Source of the DNA: Camelus ferus
Taxonomy: Eukaryota
Assembly: GCF_009834535.1 (NCBI RefSeq)
Contig: NC_045696.1
Span: 101,496,001 to 101,560,000, forward strand
Direction: 5' to 3'
DNA length: 64,000 nt
Both the position numbers and the translations under genes were made by a program. This document shows, one piece after another, positions 50,513 through 63,711 of this stretch (the stretch's first letter is position 1; each line of letters starts with the position of its first letter). The notes beneath the pieces were generated by a model. It did no database searches. It had not been told where the DNA came from and worked only from the letters and a program-made list of their open reading frames with translations.

Positions 50513-51343
50513 TGTGGTGATTCTGTTTTGGGGTTTTTGAGAGGCCTCCATGTTGTTTTCCATGGTGGCTGCACCAATTTACATTCCCACCAACAGTGTA
50601 CAGGAGTTCCCTTTTCTCCACATCCTTGCCAATATTTGCTACTTGTGCTCTTTTTGATGATGGCCGTCCTGACAGGTGTGGGATGGTGTCTCACTGTGAT
50701 TTTGATTTGCGTTTCCCTGATACTGGTGATGCAGAGCAACTTTTCATGCTGCTGCTGGCCATCTGCATTTCCTCTTTCGGAAAAATGTCTGTTCAGTTCT
50801 TCTGCCCATATTTTAAATGGGTTGTTTGTTTGTTTGCTAGCTTTTTAATTGAAGTACAGTTGATATAAAATGTTTTATTAGTTTCTGGTGTGCAGCATGG
50901 ATGGCCTTGGAGGGCATTATGTTAAGTGAAATGAGTCAGAGGAAGACAGATACTGTACGATACAACTTACATGTAGAATCTAAAAAAATACAACAAACTA
51001 GGGAATATAACAGAAAAGAAACAAAGTCACAGATGTAGAGAAGGAACTAGTGGTTACCAGCGGGGAGAAGGAAGAGGGAGAGGCAAGGTGGAGGATTAAG
51101 AGGTCCAAACTCTCAGGTATAAAATAAGCTACAAGGATGTACTATACAACATGGGGAATATAGCCAATGTTTTATAATAACTATACCCTAACCTTTAAAA
51201 ACTGTGAATCACTATAGTATATACCTGTAACATATAATATTGCACATCAACTATACTTCAGTTTATAAATATGATATTGTAAAATAAATACATAAATAAA
51301 TAAAGTTAAAAAAAAAAAACTGAGGGAAAACATTCATTAAAAA
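50513..51343 (+). mobile_element. 5'-inverted L1 insertion (about 50513-50897 inverted, about 50898-51260 forward, then tail)
   Basis: The minus-strand part encodes the L1 ORF2 C-terminus (IRETQIKITVRHHPTPVRTAIIKKS..GCGEKGTPVHCWWECKLVQP). The plus-strand part is a 3' UTR. 15-bp TSD aagaagaggaaggta (50498-50512) and aagaagatgaaggta (51344-51358). Confidence 0.9.
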
Positions 51344-52013
51344 AAGAAGATGAAGGTAGAAATTAGATAACCTGACATTTATACTTAGGTACATTGTAAA
51401 GAACACGTACAAGTTGTTGGATACTTTAAAAAATTATAGTCAATCTACCTTGAACTCATCAGGAATAAGCCAAATAACCTCACAGAATGAAGGCCTGGAA
51501 TGCATCAGATCAGGAGGCACTTGACTGGATTTTCATGAAGTCAACTACTCACCTCTTATCAACTTATAAAATTCAGTTAATATAAGAGGAGGGAGAATCT
51601 TGACATAACATGGGTTCTTCTATTCAGTGGCTCAGTTGACTCAAAACCAGAAAGATGTGCTCATTTTTAATTTATGGTTTATGAAGGATTGGGGAAGTTT
51701 AGATCCTACAAAACTCATGAAGAAATGGAATTCCTCACTATATCTGAGACAAAGACATCAAAGAGACCCTTCCTTCACCATAACTATTGGTGACTCTCAA
51801 ATCCATTAATGCAAGGGCTGCCTGGAAGCAACTAGAGAATGAACTCCATCTCTACTGGCTGAAGATTCAGGCTCTCTCTTTTGATTTGTGCCAGTTGTTT
51901 CTTGTCATCATTTATGAATAAAATTCATAGAAGGGTTAGAAGTAGAGTTGAGACCAGAGGCTAGGGTTTCAGTTCAGGTTCAGGATAGCATCAAGGATCC
52001 TGCCTTAAACATA

Positions 52014-52171
52014 TATATTATTTAAAAAAAATTATTGTTTGTTTGTTTTTGTTTTAGGGGGAGATAATTAGGTTTATTTACTCATTTATTTTAATGGAGG
52101 TACTGGGGACTGAACCCAGGACCTCATGCATGCTAAGCACACACTCTATCACTGAGCTATGCCCTCCTCCT
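52014..52171 (-). mobile_element. tRNA-derived SINE, vic-1-like
   Basis: The reverse strand reads gagggcatagctcagtgatagagtgtgtgcttagcatgcatgaggtcctgggttcagtccccagtacctcc...aaataaacctaattat. TSD ctgccttaaa at 52000-52009 and 52172-52181. Confidence 0.9.
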
Positions 52172-52184
52172 CTGCCTTAAATGT

Positions 52185-53092
52185 AATTGATCCCAGCATC
52201 TACACATTCCTGATGGACATTTCTGTGTGTGTGCTCTTCAGTGTTCAGTTCAGCATTCTCAAAACCTAGCTCAGGATATTCCTAAAACACAGACCTTCTT
52301 CCCAACTTAACACGAGAGTCTCACCAATCAGTGGTCTTGCAGCCCAGGAACACTGGAGTTTTCCTGTCTCCCTGTATCACTTGTGTATCTCTAAGTCTTG
52401 TGAATAATTTCCCACCACCAACCTCCCTGGTTCTTAAGGTCTTCCTGACCTCATCCCGAGGACAACCAAGTAAAGAGTTTCACGATCACAACATGAGCTG
52501 CAGCAAAAGCTGCTGAATAAGCTTTTCTTTTCTCATCCAATGTATTCTACACGTGACCAACAGGCAAAAGGTCTCATTTACAGCACTGTTTTGCTCTTGA
52601 ATCTCTACTGCCTCCTTGCTGTTTTGAATCAAAGTCAAATCTCACTTGGTCTTGAAGGCCCTTTACAATGTGCATCTCTCATTCCTATAAAAAGACACAC
52701 GTGCTCCCACACACCTTTGTGCCCTAAACACATCCTTGGCTCAAGGAGAGCAGTCTCATCAGGGCACCGCCATGTACATGTTGGTACTTGTGCTTCCACT
52801 CTTGCCGCTCCCCACCCTGGAAGGCTCAGTCTTCTCTGCTCTGCCTGGCTACATCCAGTCCATCCGTCCAGCCTCAACTTAAGTCACCTTGCATCCATCA
52901 TGTCCTGGACTATCATAACTTGGAGTCTCTCTTTACTGGGATCCTACCACATTTGCTCCATATACCCCCCAACTTAGCACTTTGTAAGTTGTGTCCTTAC
53001 TCTAATTGTTACCTGTGTATTTGACATCCCCAATGCAGCTGGTCCAATGTGCAGAAGCTGTTCAATACATGCTTAAATCATTCATCTATGAA
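52185..53092 (+). mobile_element. L2 LINE fragment
   Basis: cctgatggacatttc...gcagcccaggaacactggagttttcctg...gaatcaaagtcaaatctc...gttcaatacatgct. Confidence 0.6.
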
Positions 53093-53229
53093 TACTAAAA
53101 GTGCTCTTGTATACAGTAATATGGAAGGACAAGGTACAGATAGAAATGGAGATTAATGAGTGTTTACAAAAATGAAGCCATTTTGGAAAAACTGGAACAA
53201 AAAGCACTGTCATTGTTCTAATTATCCTT

Positions 53230-53460
53230 TGACTGAGTTCCGAGTATGTGTCGGAAAAGCATTGTGGGGCTGGTCATCAGTGCATCTTATTTAATCCTAG
53301 TAACAACTTTGTTAGGTAGATAATTGACTATGTTCATTTGACAGCAAAGACACTGACTTTAGGAAAGGCTGTCTGACTTGCCCAAGACTGTCCATCTGGT
53401 AGATCGTAGAACCAAGATGATCTCCAGGTTCGTCTGACCCTAAATCTATGGTTATTTTAC
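53230..53460 (-). mobile_element. MIR
   Basis: cttatttaatcctagtaacaactttgttaggtag...tgacagcaaagacactgac...tgacttgcccaaga. Confidence 0.7.
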
Positions 53461-54199
53461 CTGTCCAGGAAAGTAGAGTTTAAAGACATAAAAACAGAGT
53501 ATACATTTTAAATGGAGAAGATATACAAAAATTAGTACATGAAATACTCAACTCTGTTATCCTCTTTGTATGTGAAAGGAAGCTAGCCATGATCTTTCTC
53601 GGGCACAGACTTTCACCCTGTCACCTCCCACACCAAGATTTATGCTTAGACAAAAGAAAGCGTGATTCTTCAGCTGCCAGATGAATACTCCTCTGGGAGA
53701 GCAGCGCCGGCTGCTTGGAGAACTACCTATATATTAAAATGACATCACGGATACTTTTAAATCAGTGCCCCTTCCAAAGATGCACAGGAGCAAGATAGTT
53801 TTCTCTTTCTTGTCGAGGATTTCTTGTAATTTTTAATAGAAGTTTACATATGAATTAAGAATACTCCATGCCTCACATTCTGTATCATCCACCCTGTACT
53901 CAGGGTGGTGGCAGGGATGGGGAAGGGAATGCTAGGGGGCTAGGGAAGTGGAAGACAGGGGGAGGAGGACAGGAGAGAATCTATAGCTCTTTGAACTCCG
54001 GCTGAGGAGTCTGGAGTTTGATCTGCAACCAGAAGGCACTGAATTTATTGTGTAGGAGGATGACACTATCCTCAGAGGATGCCACAAAATTCTCCAAGTA
54101 AGACGTGAGTAAAAATAAGAAATCTGTCCTTATTCAAGTCCATATTACAGTTAAATAGCAAAGTGGATCAAAAATTTTAATTTAAAAAGCATCACATTT

Positions 54200-54350
54200 A
54201 ATACTATTTATTTGATCTTGGGCAAGATACTTAAGATGCTTGTGTTCAAGTTTCCTCATCTTAAACACACACATACAAGAAATGATAAAGCCTAATCCCA
54301 TGCTCTAGGGGTATTGTGGAAAAAGTGAAATAAGGTATGTAAAAATACAA
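54200..54350 (+). mobile_element. MIR fragment
   Basis: gatcttgggcaagatacttaa...caagtttcctcatct. Confidence 0.65.
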
Positions 54351-55544
54351 ACAGAAATTTATAAGCAGCAAAACTACAGAAAGGGAAGTTTTTATACTAC
54401 ATTTTCATCGTGGATAAAATGGAAAAATACAGACTCAAACCAGTAAAACAGAATCTCAAATTTGTAGGAAGGTTATGATTCACATATCCTTGACACTGAA
54501 AGACATTCAGGGAAGGTTTATTACTTCTCCCAACGGGGAGGATCTTCTTTATATCCAGCCAGATTCCTTAATTCTACAGTTTTTTATTCACTTGCTAATG
54601 TTCTCACTTCTGTTAAGTTGCAAATGGTTTTCATCCTCTCCATAATAAGCTCTCCCATCCTTGAAAAATTTTTAATGACCTTGTGCTTTGTGGTCTAAAC
54701 TATTCTAGTTTCTTTTGCTTTTTCTCCGAATACAACATTCTACTGCCTTTATAATTTGCCTAATCCAAAATTAGAAAAAAAAATGTGTCCCCTGACCATT
54801 TTTAAAAAAGAGAGAGAATGATGTTTGGTGATCTCTCCAAAGCATGTACATTTTGATAAAATGCAGATGAAGCACGTGTTGTTTATTCTGATTAATAATA
54901 ATGAACAAAACTGATATACTCCAGAGTGATTTTATATAACTACCCAACATTTTAATATTTCACGTGGGCTCTTTAAGGACTTGGGTGATGGAAGGAGGAT
55001 GGCAGGGCTGACAGGACGAGAAGCACCCCGTGAAATCTGGCGGTGTTTCCTGCTGAAGCTCCGTGCTCTGTCAAAGCCACACACATCCTCCGTCACAGGA
55101 TGCAGCTCAGAATCTATAACAAGCTTCATCTACTTTTCAACCAAAAATTCTAATTTGCTTGTGCCTAAGGGATAATGTGTCAGGTTCTCTTTCAGGTTTT
55201 GCGCTTTGTTATTCTGTCCTGCCTTTAGCTTTAAATTTTATATGACTTGTATTATATAATAACGTGTCCATTATCTTGTCCCAAACCTTGGTCTTCCGTG
55301 GGCTTCATGCCGCAGTCCATGTTGCTCTCGGTTTTAACTATTAGTGACCGCTCTGAAGTTAAAATAAGTGTCATTAATCCCTGTTCAGAATTAGGGAGTC
55401 AGATCAGTTCCAACTACAGGGTGGAAGGCTGCCCCATTACTACCCCAAATGAGAGGCCAGCTCGCCCCACTCCATTTTCCTTGGATATATCGGTGCCCTG
55501 GAATGTGCTGTGGGGTCACCAGACAGAGACTCGGACTAGCCTAA

Positions 55545-56070
55545 AGGTATGTGTGATGGAATGTTCATGAAAATAACCCTAATCCGTCCCCTACTGTAAT
55601 CTAGCTCTTGATTTTGCAGCTCCTCCCACCCGATGGCATCTATCCCCCCACCCGCTGAACTGAGCCTTCTGAGTTGCTTTGGACAATAGAATATGGCAGG
55701 ACTGACTGTGTCAAAAAGGAGTTTGGGCCTCAAGGGTCTGTGTGCTCTTCCAGTGAGAACAAGCCTGGGCTGGCCTGCTGGAAGGTGAGAGGCCACAAGG
55801 AAGAGAGCTGATTCAGTCCCGCTGAGGGTATTTAGGACCAGCCATCCCTCAGCTGACCACCAGTTCACTGCAAGTGCATGAGGGAGCCCAGTGGACTGTC
55901 CAAGCCCAGTCAACCCAGAGAGACTTTGCATCCTTTCTCCCATAACTTACAAGGATTCGTTCTTGGCATTTTTTTCTCTTTATCCATCCTTGAACAGTGT
56001 TGTGGAGTTTTGTGTTTGTTTTGTCATGTTGACTGAGTGGACTAAAGAATGACAGTAACTTTATACTAAC
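55545..56070 (+). mobile_element. MaLR LTR (MLT1F/G-like)
   Basis: tttgcagctcctcccacc...gctttggacaatagaatatggcagga...gagaacaagcctgggctggcctgctgga. Confidence 0.6.
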
Positions 56071-56164
56071 ATCACAGATAAACCGGTGACCTATACTCAC
56101 CTACACTTGCTGATACAGCTCTATAAATATGAAAACTCAGTCTCTGAGCTATTTCATGTCTATG

Positions 56165-56553
56165 ATAGCAAGTGTCTTGCTGCATTCCCCACCCTCAAGA
56201 CTCATATGTTGAAGTCCTAACCCCCAACATACTTCAGAACATGACTGTATTTGGAGGTGAGACCTTAAAAAATATAATTAACATTCTATGATGTCATAAG
56301 GTGGGCCCTAATCCAGTACAACTAGTGACTTTATAAGACAAAGGGATGGGCATGCACAGAGAAAAGGCCACGTGAGGACACAGAGAGAAGTTAGCCATTT
56401 GCAAGCCTGGAAGAAAGGCCTCAGGAAAAACCAAATCCGCTGACACCTTGATCTTGGATGTCCAGCCTCCAGAACCGCGAGAAAATCAATGTCTGTTGTT
56501 TAAACCACCTGTTCCGTGGTATTTTGTTACAGTAGCCCTAGCAGACGACCACA
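56165..56553 (+). mobile_element. MaLR solo LTR, MLT1A/B-like
   Basis: tcatatgttgaagtcctaaccccc...gggccctaatccagt...gctgacaccttgatcttggatgtccagcctccagaac...gccctagcagac. Confidence 0.88.
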
Positions 56554-56629
56554 GCAGGTAGCCAACCTAATTGCCCAAACATCCAGGTAGCTGCTTGGAC
56601 TTTTTGCCTTTTTACTTAGAGATTTATGT

Positions 56630-56870
56630 ACAGAACCTAGAATGAGACTGCAGGTTTTAAGACTTGACTCTGTTACTAATGGCACAACCCAGAGCAAGTT
56701 ATTTAAAATCTCCTAGTCTCATCAGCATGAAGGGGCTGATAGGAACTCTGCATCTAAGTGCTGTTTGTGAAGATTAAATGAGATAATAAATGTGAAAGTG
56801 TTTATTAAGCACAGTTCCCAGAAGCATATCACAAGGACTCAATGCATGTTACCTATCAGCATAATTGTCA
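56630..56870 (+). mobile_element. MIR
   Basis: gcaagttatttaa...gtgaagattaaatgagataataaatgtgaaagtg. Confidence 0.7.
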
Positions 56871-57709
56871 CTGTATTCGTATGACTTAATAAAGCCAGAA
56901 AAATTCAATTCCCCGATGCAGATTCTTATCTTTGTAAGGCTTTTTAAAATACAAAGTGGCAGAAAGTCCCAGCCTTCGACTGCTTTTTCCTTCTGTTATG
57001 AAATATTAGAATAAATTTATGAAAGTTTGGAATCTTCCTGGGTGGTGGTGAGAGTTGGGGGGATGGTGAGGGGGTAGTGACATTTCCTAAGACTTTTTTT
57101 TAAAGTTAGCCTATGAAATTTGCAGTCATAGATTAATAAAGTGAGTCAACAATCATTTGCAAGGTTCTACGATCAAACAGCCAGGTAACAATTTACATAA
57201 AGGCTCAGAGTGTTCTCCTAAAATCTGCGACACCCTTCAAAGGGAGCTCTGCAATAGCTCACCTACACATTTCCTGTTCTGTCACCTACTTGTCACTCTC
57301 ACAGTGAAAGCAAAAGGGTCAATAGCTGAGCAATGGTTGGAACCTGAAATCTGAGAATTCCGGGAGCAAATGTGAGGCCATAAGAATACAAAGTGAGGAA
57401 CAGGGAAGGAATCTGCTTTTAGCAAAAGCTTTTCCCTAGCATCCTGGAATTTCAGAGCAGGGCCTGTTTAGTGCTAGGTGAACTGGGTTTCAAATCAATG
57501 CCTTAATTTACATAAAGCAGAAAAACAAGAGCACAAAAATTTAAACGGTAAAATTGCACAGTATCTCATGTATTTAAATAAGAGCACTTACTAGATTATT
57601 TTGGAGACATCAATTTGCTCAATTTTCACCAATTGTTTAGGAACCTCTGTTTGCAACTATGTTTACCACCATCCCTGCCCTGACTCTGCTGTATTGTGAA
57701 TCCCTCATT

Positions 57710-57950
57710 TGAGAGTTTGGAAATTTGGATTCAAACAGTCTGGGTTCAATTAACTAACCACCAGTGACCAGCTGTATGGCCTTGGGCAAGCCATTTAAGC
57801 ACTCCATCACTCAATGTCTGCACTTAAGAAATGAGCGTAAATATCATACCATTACAACAACAGTAACGTAACACTGCTTTATTTCTGTTAATTAGTGAGC
57901 ACACTGACTACATGAAAAGTGCTTAATAAACATTAGGGACTATTATTATT
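57710..57950 (+). mobile_element. MIR
   Basis: cagtctgggttcaat...ctgtatggccttgggcaagccatttaa...gtgcttaataaacattag. Confidence 0.75.
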
Positions 57951-58240
57951 GTGAAGATATCTTCACACCCAAATCTCTGTCTTTGACCCTGTTACTTCAC
58001 TTCGGTATAGTTCTCATACACACAGGATCCTTTCCCCCAACATATCTTTGACTCTTTCTATACTCTCCTTGACTTCAATATATGGCCTCATATGAGGAAG
58101 GAAATTCATTTGACATGTGGTCATTGTGAATGCCACGCTTCAAAATCCGAAGTGCTTTAACAAAGCGTTTTAGTTAACAAAGTCTTCTGCTAACCTAGAG
58201 GAAACAATGTACTGCCTGTGTCTCAGTGATTAGAATTTAG

Positions 58241-58273
58241 AAACAAAACAAAACAAACAAACAAACAAACAAA
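58241..58273. repeat. (AAAC)n repeat
   Basis: aaacaaaacaaaacaaacaaacaaacaaac. Confidence 0.9.
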
Positions 58274-60719
58274 ACTCGAATTCCTGAATCCTGACTTGAG
58301 GATTTAGAAGATACTTCAGTATTTTCAAGTATTTGAGATGAAGAATAGAGGAAGCTACCGAATCATGTGGAAACAAAATGGAGCTTTTTGAAATTTAGGA
58401 TTACTTGCAGCTAAGGCCATTTGGATTTTTAATAAATTATTTTTCATGCATCCTTCATTGCGTCTCTTTTGCTGAATAAAATACCTTTCTTCCATCGGCA
58501 CATGCTAATATAGAGGTAAAACATTGGCCACCAGCCTTTTGGCCCTGCTGACATATTTTGTAATCTTCCTCCTGATGAATGTGGGATGGTGCAATCTGTG
58601 TTGTCAACTCTACAGGGACTGACAGCAGCTATTTCTGGAGACTATCATTAATTTTCAAGAAATTCATCACAAACATGCAGAAAGAGTGGCATTTTGCAAA
58701 TAATGCATTGTCCTCTTTAATATAGAAATGACCTCTATATACCCAAGGGTCTCAGTGCTTCAAATAGCCTTCTCTGCATTCCTGAGAGCTGGAATTTTAT
58801 CACATTAACCAAGAAACTGATTTATTCCGTGTTTGAAGTGACAAAAATTTCATCTGCCAGCCTTGTTTTTATTTTCAAATGATTGGAAGATAATTTTGAT
58901 TCCCCTCTTCCTTAGAAAAGAACTGATACTTCAAAGTTCCTGTGCATTTGCAAGAAATTATTTTTCCATAACACCAGCATTTCTAAATACTCCATTAAAA
59001 AACCCTCTATAGTCTGATCATTTAAAAAGCCATAATTGGTTATTTCAGATTATATAACCTCCTAATGTGTTTAAATATTTCAAATAGCTTGACCAGTGCT
59101 ATTAGATTCAATATATATATAAAACCTCTCATACAATTAAAATTGATTCCAGTGTTACTGTGTTGACTTCAGTGCCTGCTATTAACTGTCTGAATTTTTA
59201 CCTCATACCAATAAGGCATGAACTACTGTAGGATGACCTAATGAACTTCAATGAGTTTTGAATCTTGACTTCATTTCGGTTTTATTACAGAAAAATATTT
59301 CCTTCTTGCTATAATATCCTTATTTTATTTTTATTTTTTCCTTTAAGTTATACCTCTCTGGATGTTCTAATCAACTTTAAAACTCTTTAAAGTTACTTCC
59401 TACAATTAATAGCTTTTGGGCAAGTACACTTCACCAAATCATTAAATTATAAAGTAGCCAGTAGCTGAGTTTAACGAAAGAACAAAAGGAACAACCTCAC
59501 AGACCCTGGGAAGCCAGGAGAGACCAGGTCAGGGATACTTACGCAAGGCAGTAGCCTTTGCTCCCACGGTTAGGTGAGCAGAGGTTTTACCAGGACATGG
59601 AGGAAATACCCTAACTGATCTCCTGCTCCTGAAAACTCTTTCCAGATGTTTCAGAATCTTGAGAATTTATGATAAAATTTTAATAGAGGAAAAACTTCAC
59701 CAATCCAAGCAAAGTCTCTAGGCCAATCAGATGAGTCATGCTGAACTAACTGTATGGAAAATAATTTAAGAAAGCCTTGTTGGTATCTCAGCAACAAAAA
59801 CAAAGGCATTTTTCCGCTATGGGTGGAAAAAAAAATTCCTATCTCTTTGAATTGACTGATTTCATTAGAAAAGTTGAAGACCTAAAAATATTCTGATAAA
59901 AATCAACAAAAAGATCTACAAATTTTCAATCTGAGGCTGTCATTTTGTGACAGATTGTGGGGGGAGGGGAGCAAGGAAGGGTTGCCTTGGAAACAGAATA
60001 TACAATGCAAAGAAAAATAAGGTTGCCTTATGTAAAGCAACTGAGAACAGGAAAAAGAGACTCAATATTTCAGCATAACAGCCTTTATAATGCTATGTGA
60101 AACTGGCATTAAAACTGCAGTAAAATATAGGACCATCTTGGAGACAGCAGACTTTTTGAGTTTGCACTCCTGAGGGGAAGTTGCCTTAAACTGCCTCCTC
60201 CAAATGCATGCTCTAGAAGGGGGTGTGGGAACAAGACTGATAGAACAGAATTAGTGCTAAAGGAAGAAAGGGGACAAGATTAATGCTCTTTAAGAAAGCA
60301 GTAAAACAAACTGAATAGGGTGAAGCCCTGACCCCAAACCACCCCAGGTGTCCTTTGCTTGCAAATAAACGACTGAGATTAAGAAGACCCTCTCTGAAAG
60401 CCTTTCTGGCTTCTCTGTGTATTGATTGGCTAAAAGAGACACATTTTTTAAGATAATAAACTAGCCTTTCTCTCTCTTCAGCCTTGAGTGTATGGTAAGG
60501 ACATTACTTGTAGAAGCGTGGAAAAATCACCCCCAATTCACCGTGAGAAACTAAACAGCTTAGAGTTTAGAATGCCAAACTTGCCTCACAGGCCCTGGTG
60601 TCCTGTTTCCCTGATCCCTCAGACCTCATGCTGATTATCTGACCTAGTTCTAGTCTTTCTCCTTACACAGCATCGCAAGCTAACCCAAGTTACATATCCT
60701 ACACATGTGGGTTGATTGG

Positions 60720-61133
60720 GCACGTTTTGTGTTTTCCTTGCCAGGTGGGGATGCTAAGATGGCTGCAAGGTCCAAAAGGCTTTATTCATACAGCACAAAA
60801 TTGATGCTGATGACCAACTGGGAGCTCAGTAGGGGCTGACAGCCAGAACCTTCCATTCTCTTCCATGTGGACCTATCCATGGGGTTCCTCAGCCTTCCTC
60901 ACAGAACAGCTGCTGGGATCCAAAAAGGAGGAATTAGGAGGCCCCTGTCCTCTCAAGGCCTGGCCTCTGAAGACCTAGGATGCCACCCATGCTACGTTCT
61001 ATTGATCAGAGCATTCTGAGGGCAACCCAGAATTATAGAAGGAAGAATTCCATTCTACTTTTGGATGGAGGAGTGGCATGCATGTATAGAGACAGAAGGA
61101 ATGGATGGCAGCCATCTTTGGTGGCTACCACAC
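60720..61133 (-). mobile_element. MaLR LTR (MLT1G/H-like)
   Basis: ctgggagctcagtaggggctg...ctcttccatgtggacct...ttggatggaggagtggca...ggcagccatctttgg..ctaccaca. Confidence 0.65.
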
Positions 61134-63221
61134 AGACTTAATTTGATTCCCCTTCTGAACAGGTTAAGAAAAATACGAAAGAAAGCTTTCAGAATTGCCC
61201 CACACTATAATAGCTCTTTAAATCCCAAATCAACACAATAAATCTACTATATGGTTTTCTTTTGTGTAAGCAGTTATTTAATTCTTAGAACTAAAAAGCA
61301 CTGTATATTTTCTTCATTTTAATTATATTATTTTGATGCAACTAAAGCATTTAAAACATTGCTAAGCAAAATGTTAGTTACTATTCTTTTTCTTAGTGTT
61401 ACTATATCTACCAATCATTTGTTGAACAGAAATAATTTTCAAGGATTTATGTTGAAAATAAATCAACTTAAGACTCAAAAATGAATTGTTAAATGCAACA
61501 AAAGTTGCCTGAAACCTAACTTTAAAAGAAAAATACATATTATTATAACCACTAAATGCTTATGAAGAATAACAGCTAAATATTTAACATTTTAGTCACA
61601 CTTTGAGACTTAAAAACAAAATCTCTTTGAGCCAATATAATATAGTGTAAAAAAAAAAAAGAGAGAAGAGGAAGATGATAAATAAGTACTACCAAGTAAA
61701 AGGCTAGCAGAAAAAAAAAAGTGAGGGCAAATTTCATAAAATACGATATTTCAGAGAGAATCTTAGTGTAGAAAAATAATTGAAGAATGTTTATCCATTA
61801 GAAGATCACTGTTTTATTTACCCCAAATGAAATATGGATATAACATATGTCAACTCCCAAATCTGTTAAACTAAATATGCCCAGACATCTACTTAAGAAA
61901 TTAGAAAGATTCTGAACTATTTGTCTTATTCATTAGTGTTACAGTCTGACACTACATGTCTCCAACTGGAAGAAAACTGAAAACCCATATACCAGCGTGC
62001 CAGACTGAGAAACATATGGCACTTTCCAGTAACCAAAGCTCGCTGCTTGTAGGTGCTGAAAATCTATTTGGGGGCCTCCTAACAGCTTATAAGAGTAAGC
62101 ATCGTATGTTTACTTTCAGGAGTTTCAGTATGAAGAAATCTTAGATTTGTTTAAAGCACAGAGGAAAAAGTATTACCTTTATTCATGGAATGCGGGGATC
62201 TTACAGAGACTGGAGGGAATTCTTTTAATACATTTCTTTAGAAAGGGTTGGCAGCTCAGAAGGAACACTTTGTGGTGTTTTTAAATATTTAATATCCCAC
62301 TGCTGTTTTCTAGCTTGAGAAAAACTCATGGTTCTTTACTGGGAAATATTTCAGAGCTTATCTCAACTTGTACGGAATTTTTAAAAATGTTTTAAGATTT
62401 CTAAGTGTAAAGCTAGATGAAAAAAACAACAGCGTAGGGCAACAAGGTAATTCTTTGCAAAATTAAAAAAACTAAATATTAAAATTTCAGACTCACAAAT
62501 CTTCCCAGTTAGATGACATGTTCTTGTTGTTGGGGGTTTCATTCACTATCTTTTAATTAATACTTGTTGGCTGCCCATTGTACATGAATTATTTGAATAA
62601 AAGGGTTTGGGTGAGTCAAGTGATCATGTGGCTTCTGTTCTTAACAGTGCATAATTTAGTAGATAGACACAGCTATTAGACAAAAGATATAGTAATGAGC
62701 CTTACTGTCTAGGGGAGATGCAGTATTATAGCAGCATGGAAACAGCTAATTATAATAGGGTGATTGTAGATGCATATTTTTTAAATACTGTTGGAAAGTC
62801 TCTCTTAATGGACTTACAGTAGATCCGGAACCACATATATTATTAAACTCATAAAGTTAAGTCACTAATCAAATAATGTGTATTTCCTAGAAGACAAAGA
62901 ACATTATTTTTTATCCTTTATATGTGTATGTACCTATTAAATTATTTATAATGTAACCCCCATCTACTGTTAGAGAGGGTTGTCAAGACAACTGGTGATA
63001 AAAGGTACGATATAAGGAAATTTCTAAGTTATAACGCATTTTTTAAAGTTAAATATTCAGTTCCCTAATTGAATAATGGCAGTGGTTAGTAGTAGGGGTC
63101 CCACAGCCAGAGTATCTGGGCTTCCATCCTTCATCCACTATTAAACAGCCATATCAAATAGGCCTTTGGCAACTTAATTAAAAGCACCATGGATTAAATT
63201 CCTGACCTTTGAAGTAGAAAT

Positions 63222-63295
63222 GTACCATACTTTATCTAAGATGCCTTTGATTATGACATACCATTATTTTATGTACTACTAGAAAAGAAAAATCA
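63222..63295. mobile_element. TcMar-Tc2 (Kanga-like) DNA transposon end
   Basis: taccatactttatctaagatgcctttgattatgacataccattattttatgtactactagaaaagaaaaa resembles a recalled Kanga1 terminus. Confidence 0.4.
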
Positions 63296-63299
63296 CCCA

Positions 63300-63700
63300 A
63301 AGGAGGGAGTTAAAAAGAAGACACTGTATAAAGTGGATATACCAAAGGGCTATGACTTCAACATGAGGAAAATGAGAAAAAGTCTTGACACACAGAAAAG
63401 GGAACCAGAAAACTTGCACACCTCCACTTTGGCACAGAGTGAAAAGAAAGGAAAAAATACATCCCCTAAAATATGAACAAGAAGCCAGTAATCATGCCAT
63501 TCAGCTGGCCTAATTCACACTATGGTCTGACAAATCTCAAAAGAGAATTTATTTGCAAGTAACTTTAGGTTGCTCATACTCCAGGTGACTGGCAGAAGGA
63601 AACACAAATTGTCTCTGGAAGGATTTGATGGAAATCCAAGCTGAAGACATTTCAAGGGAACACTGATTATAACACCAATTTCAGAGATGCTATAATGAAG
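63300..63700 (+). mobile_element. Old L1 5'-region fragment (L1M-type)
   Basis: ggcctaattcacactatggtctga...ccaggtgactggcagaaggaaacacaaattgtctctggaagga. Confidence 0.5.
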
Positions 63701-63711
63701 AAAAAAATAAT

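Noticed and set aside
50413..50739. 108-aa ORF with a CWWECK motif
   Set aside because: It is the L1 ORF2 C-terminal remnant inside a truncated, inverted insertion, not a host gene.
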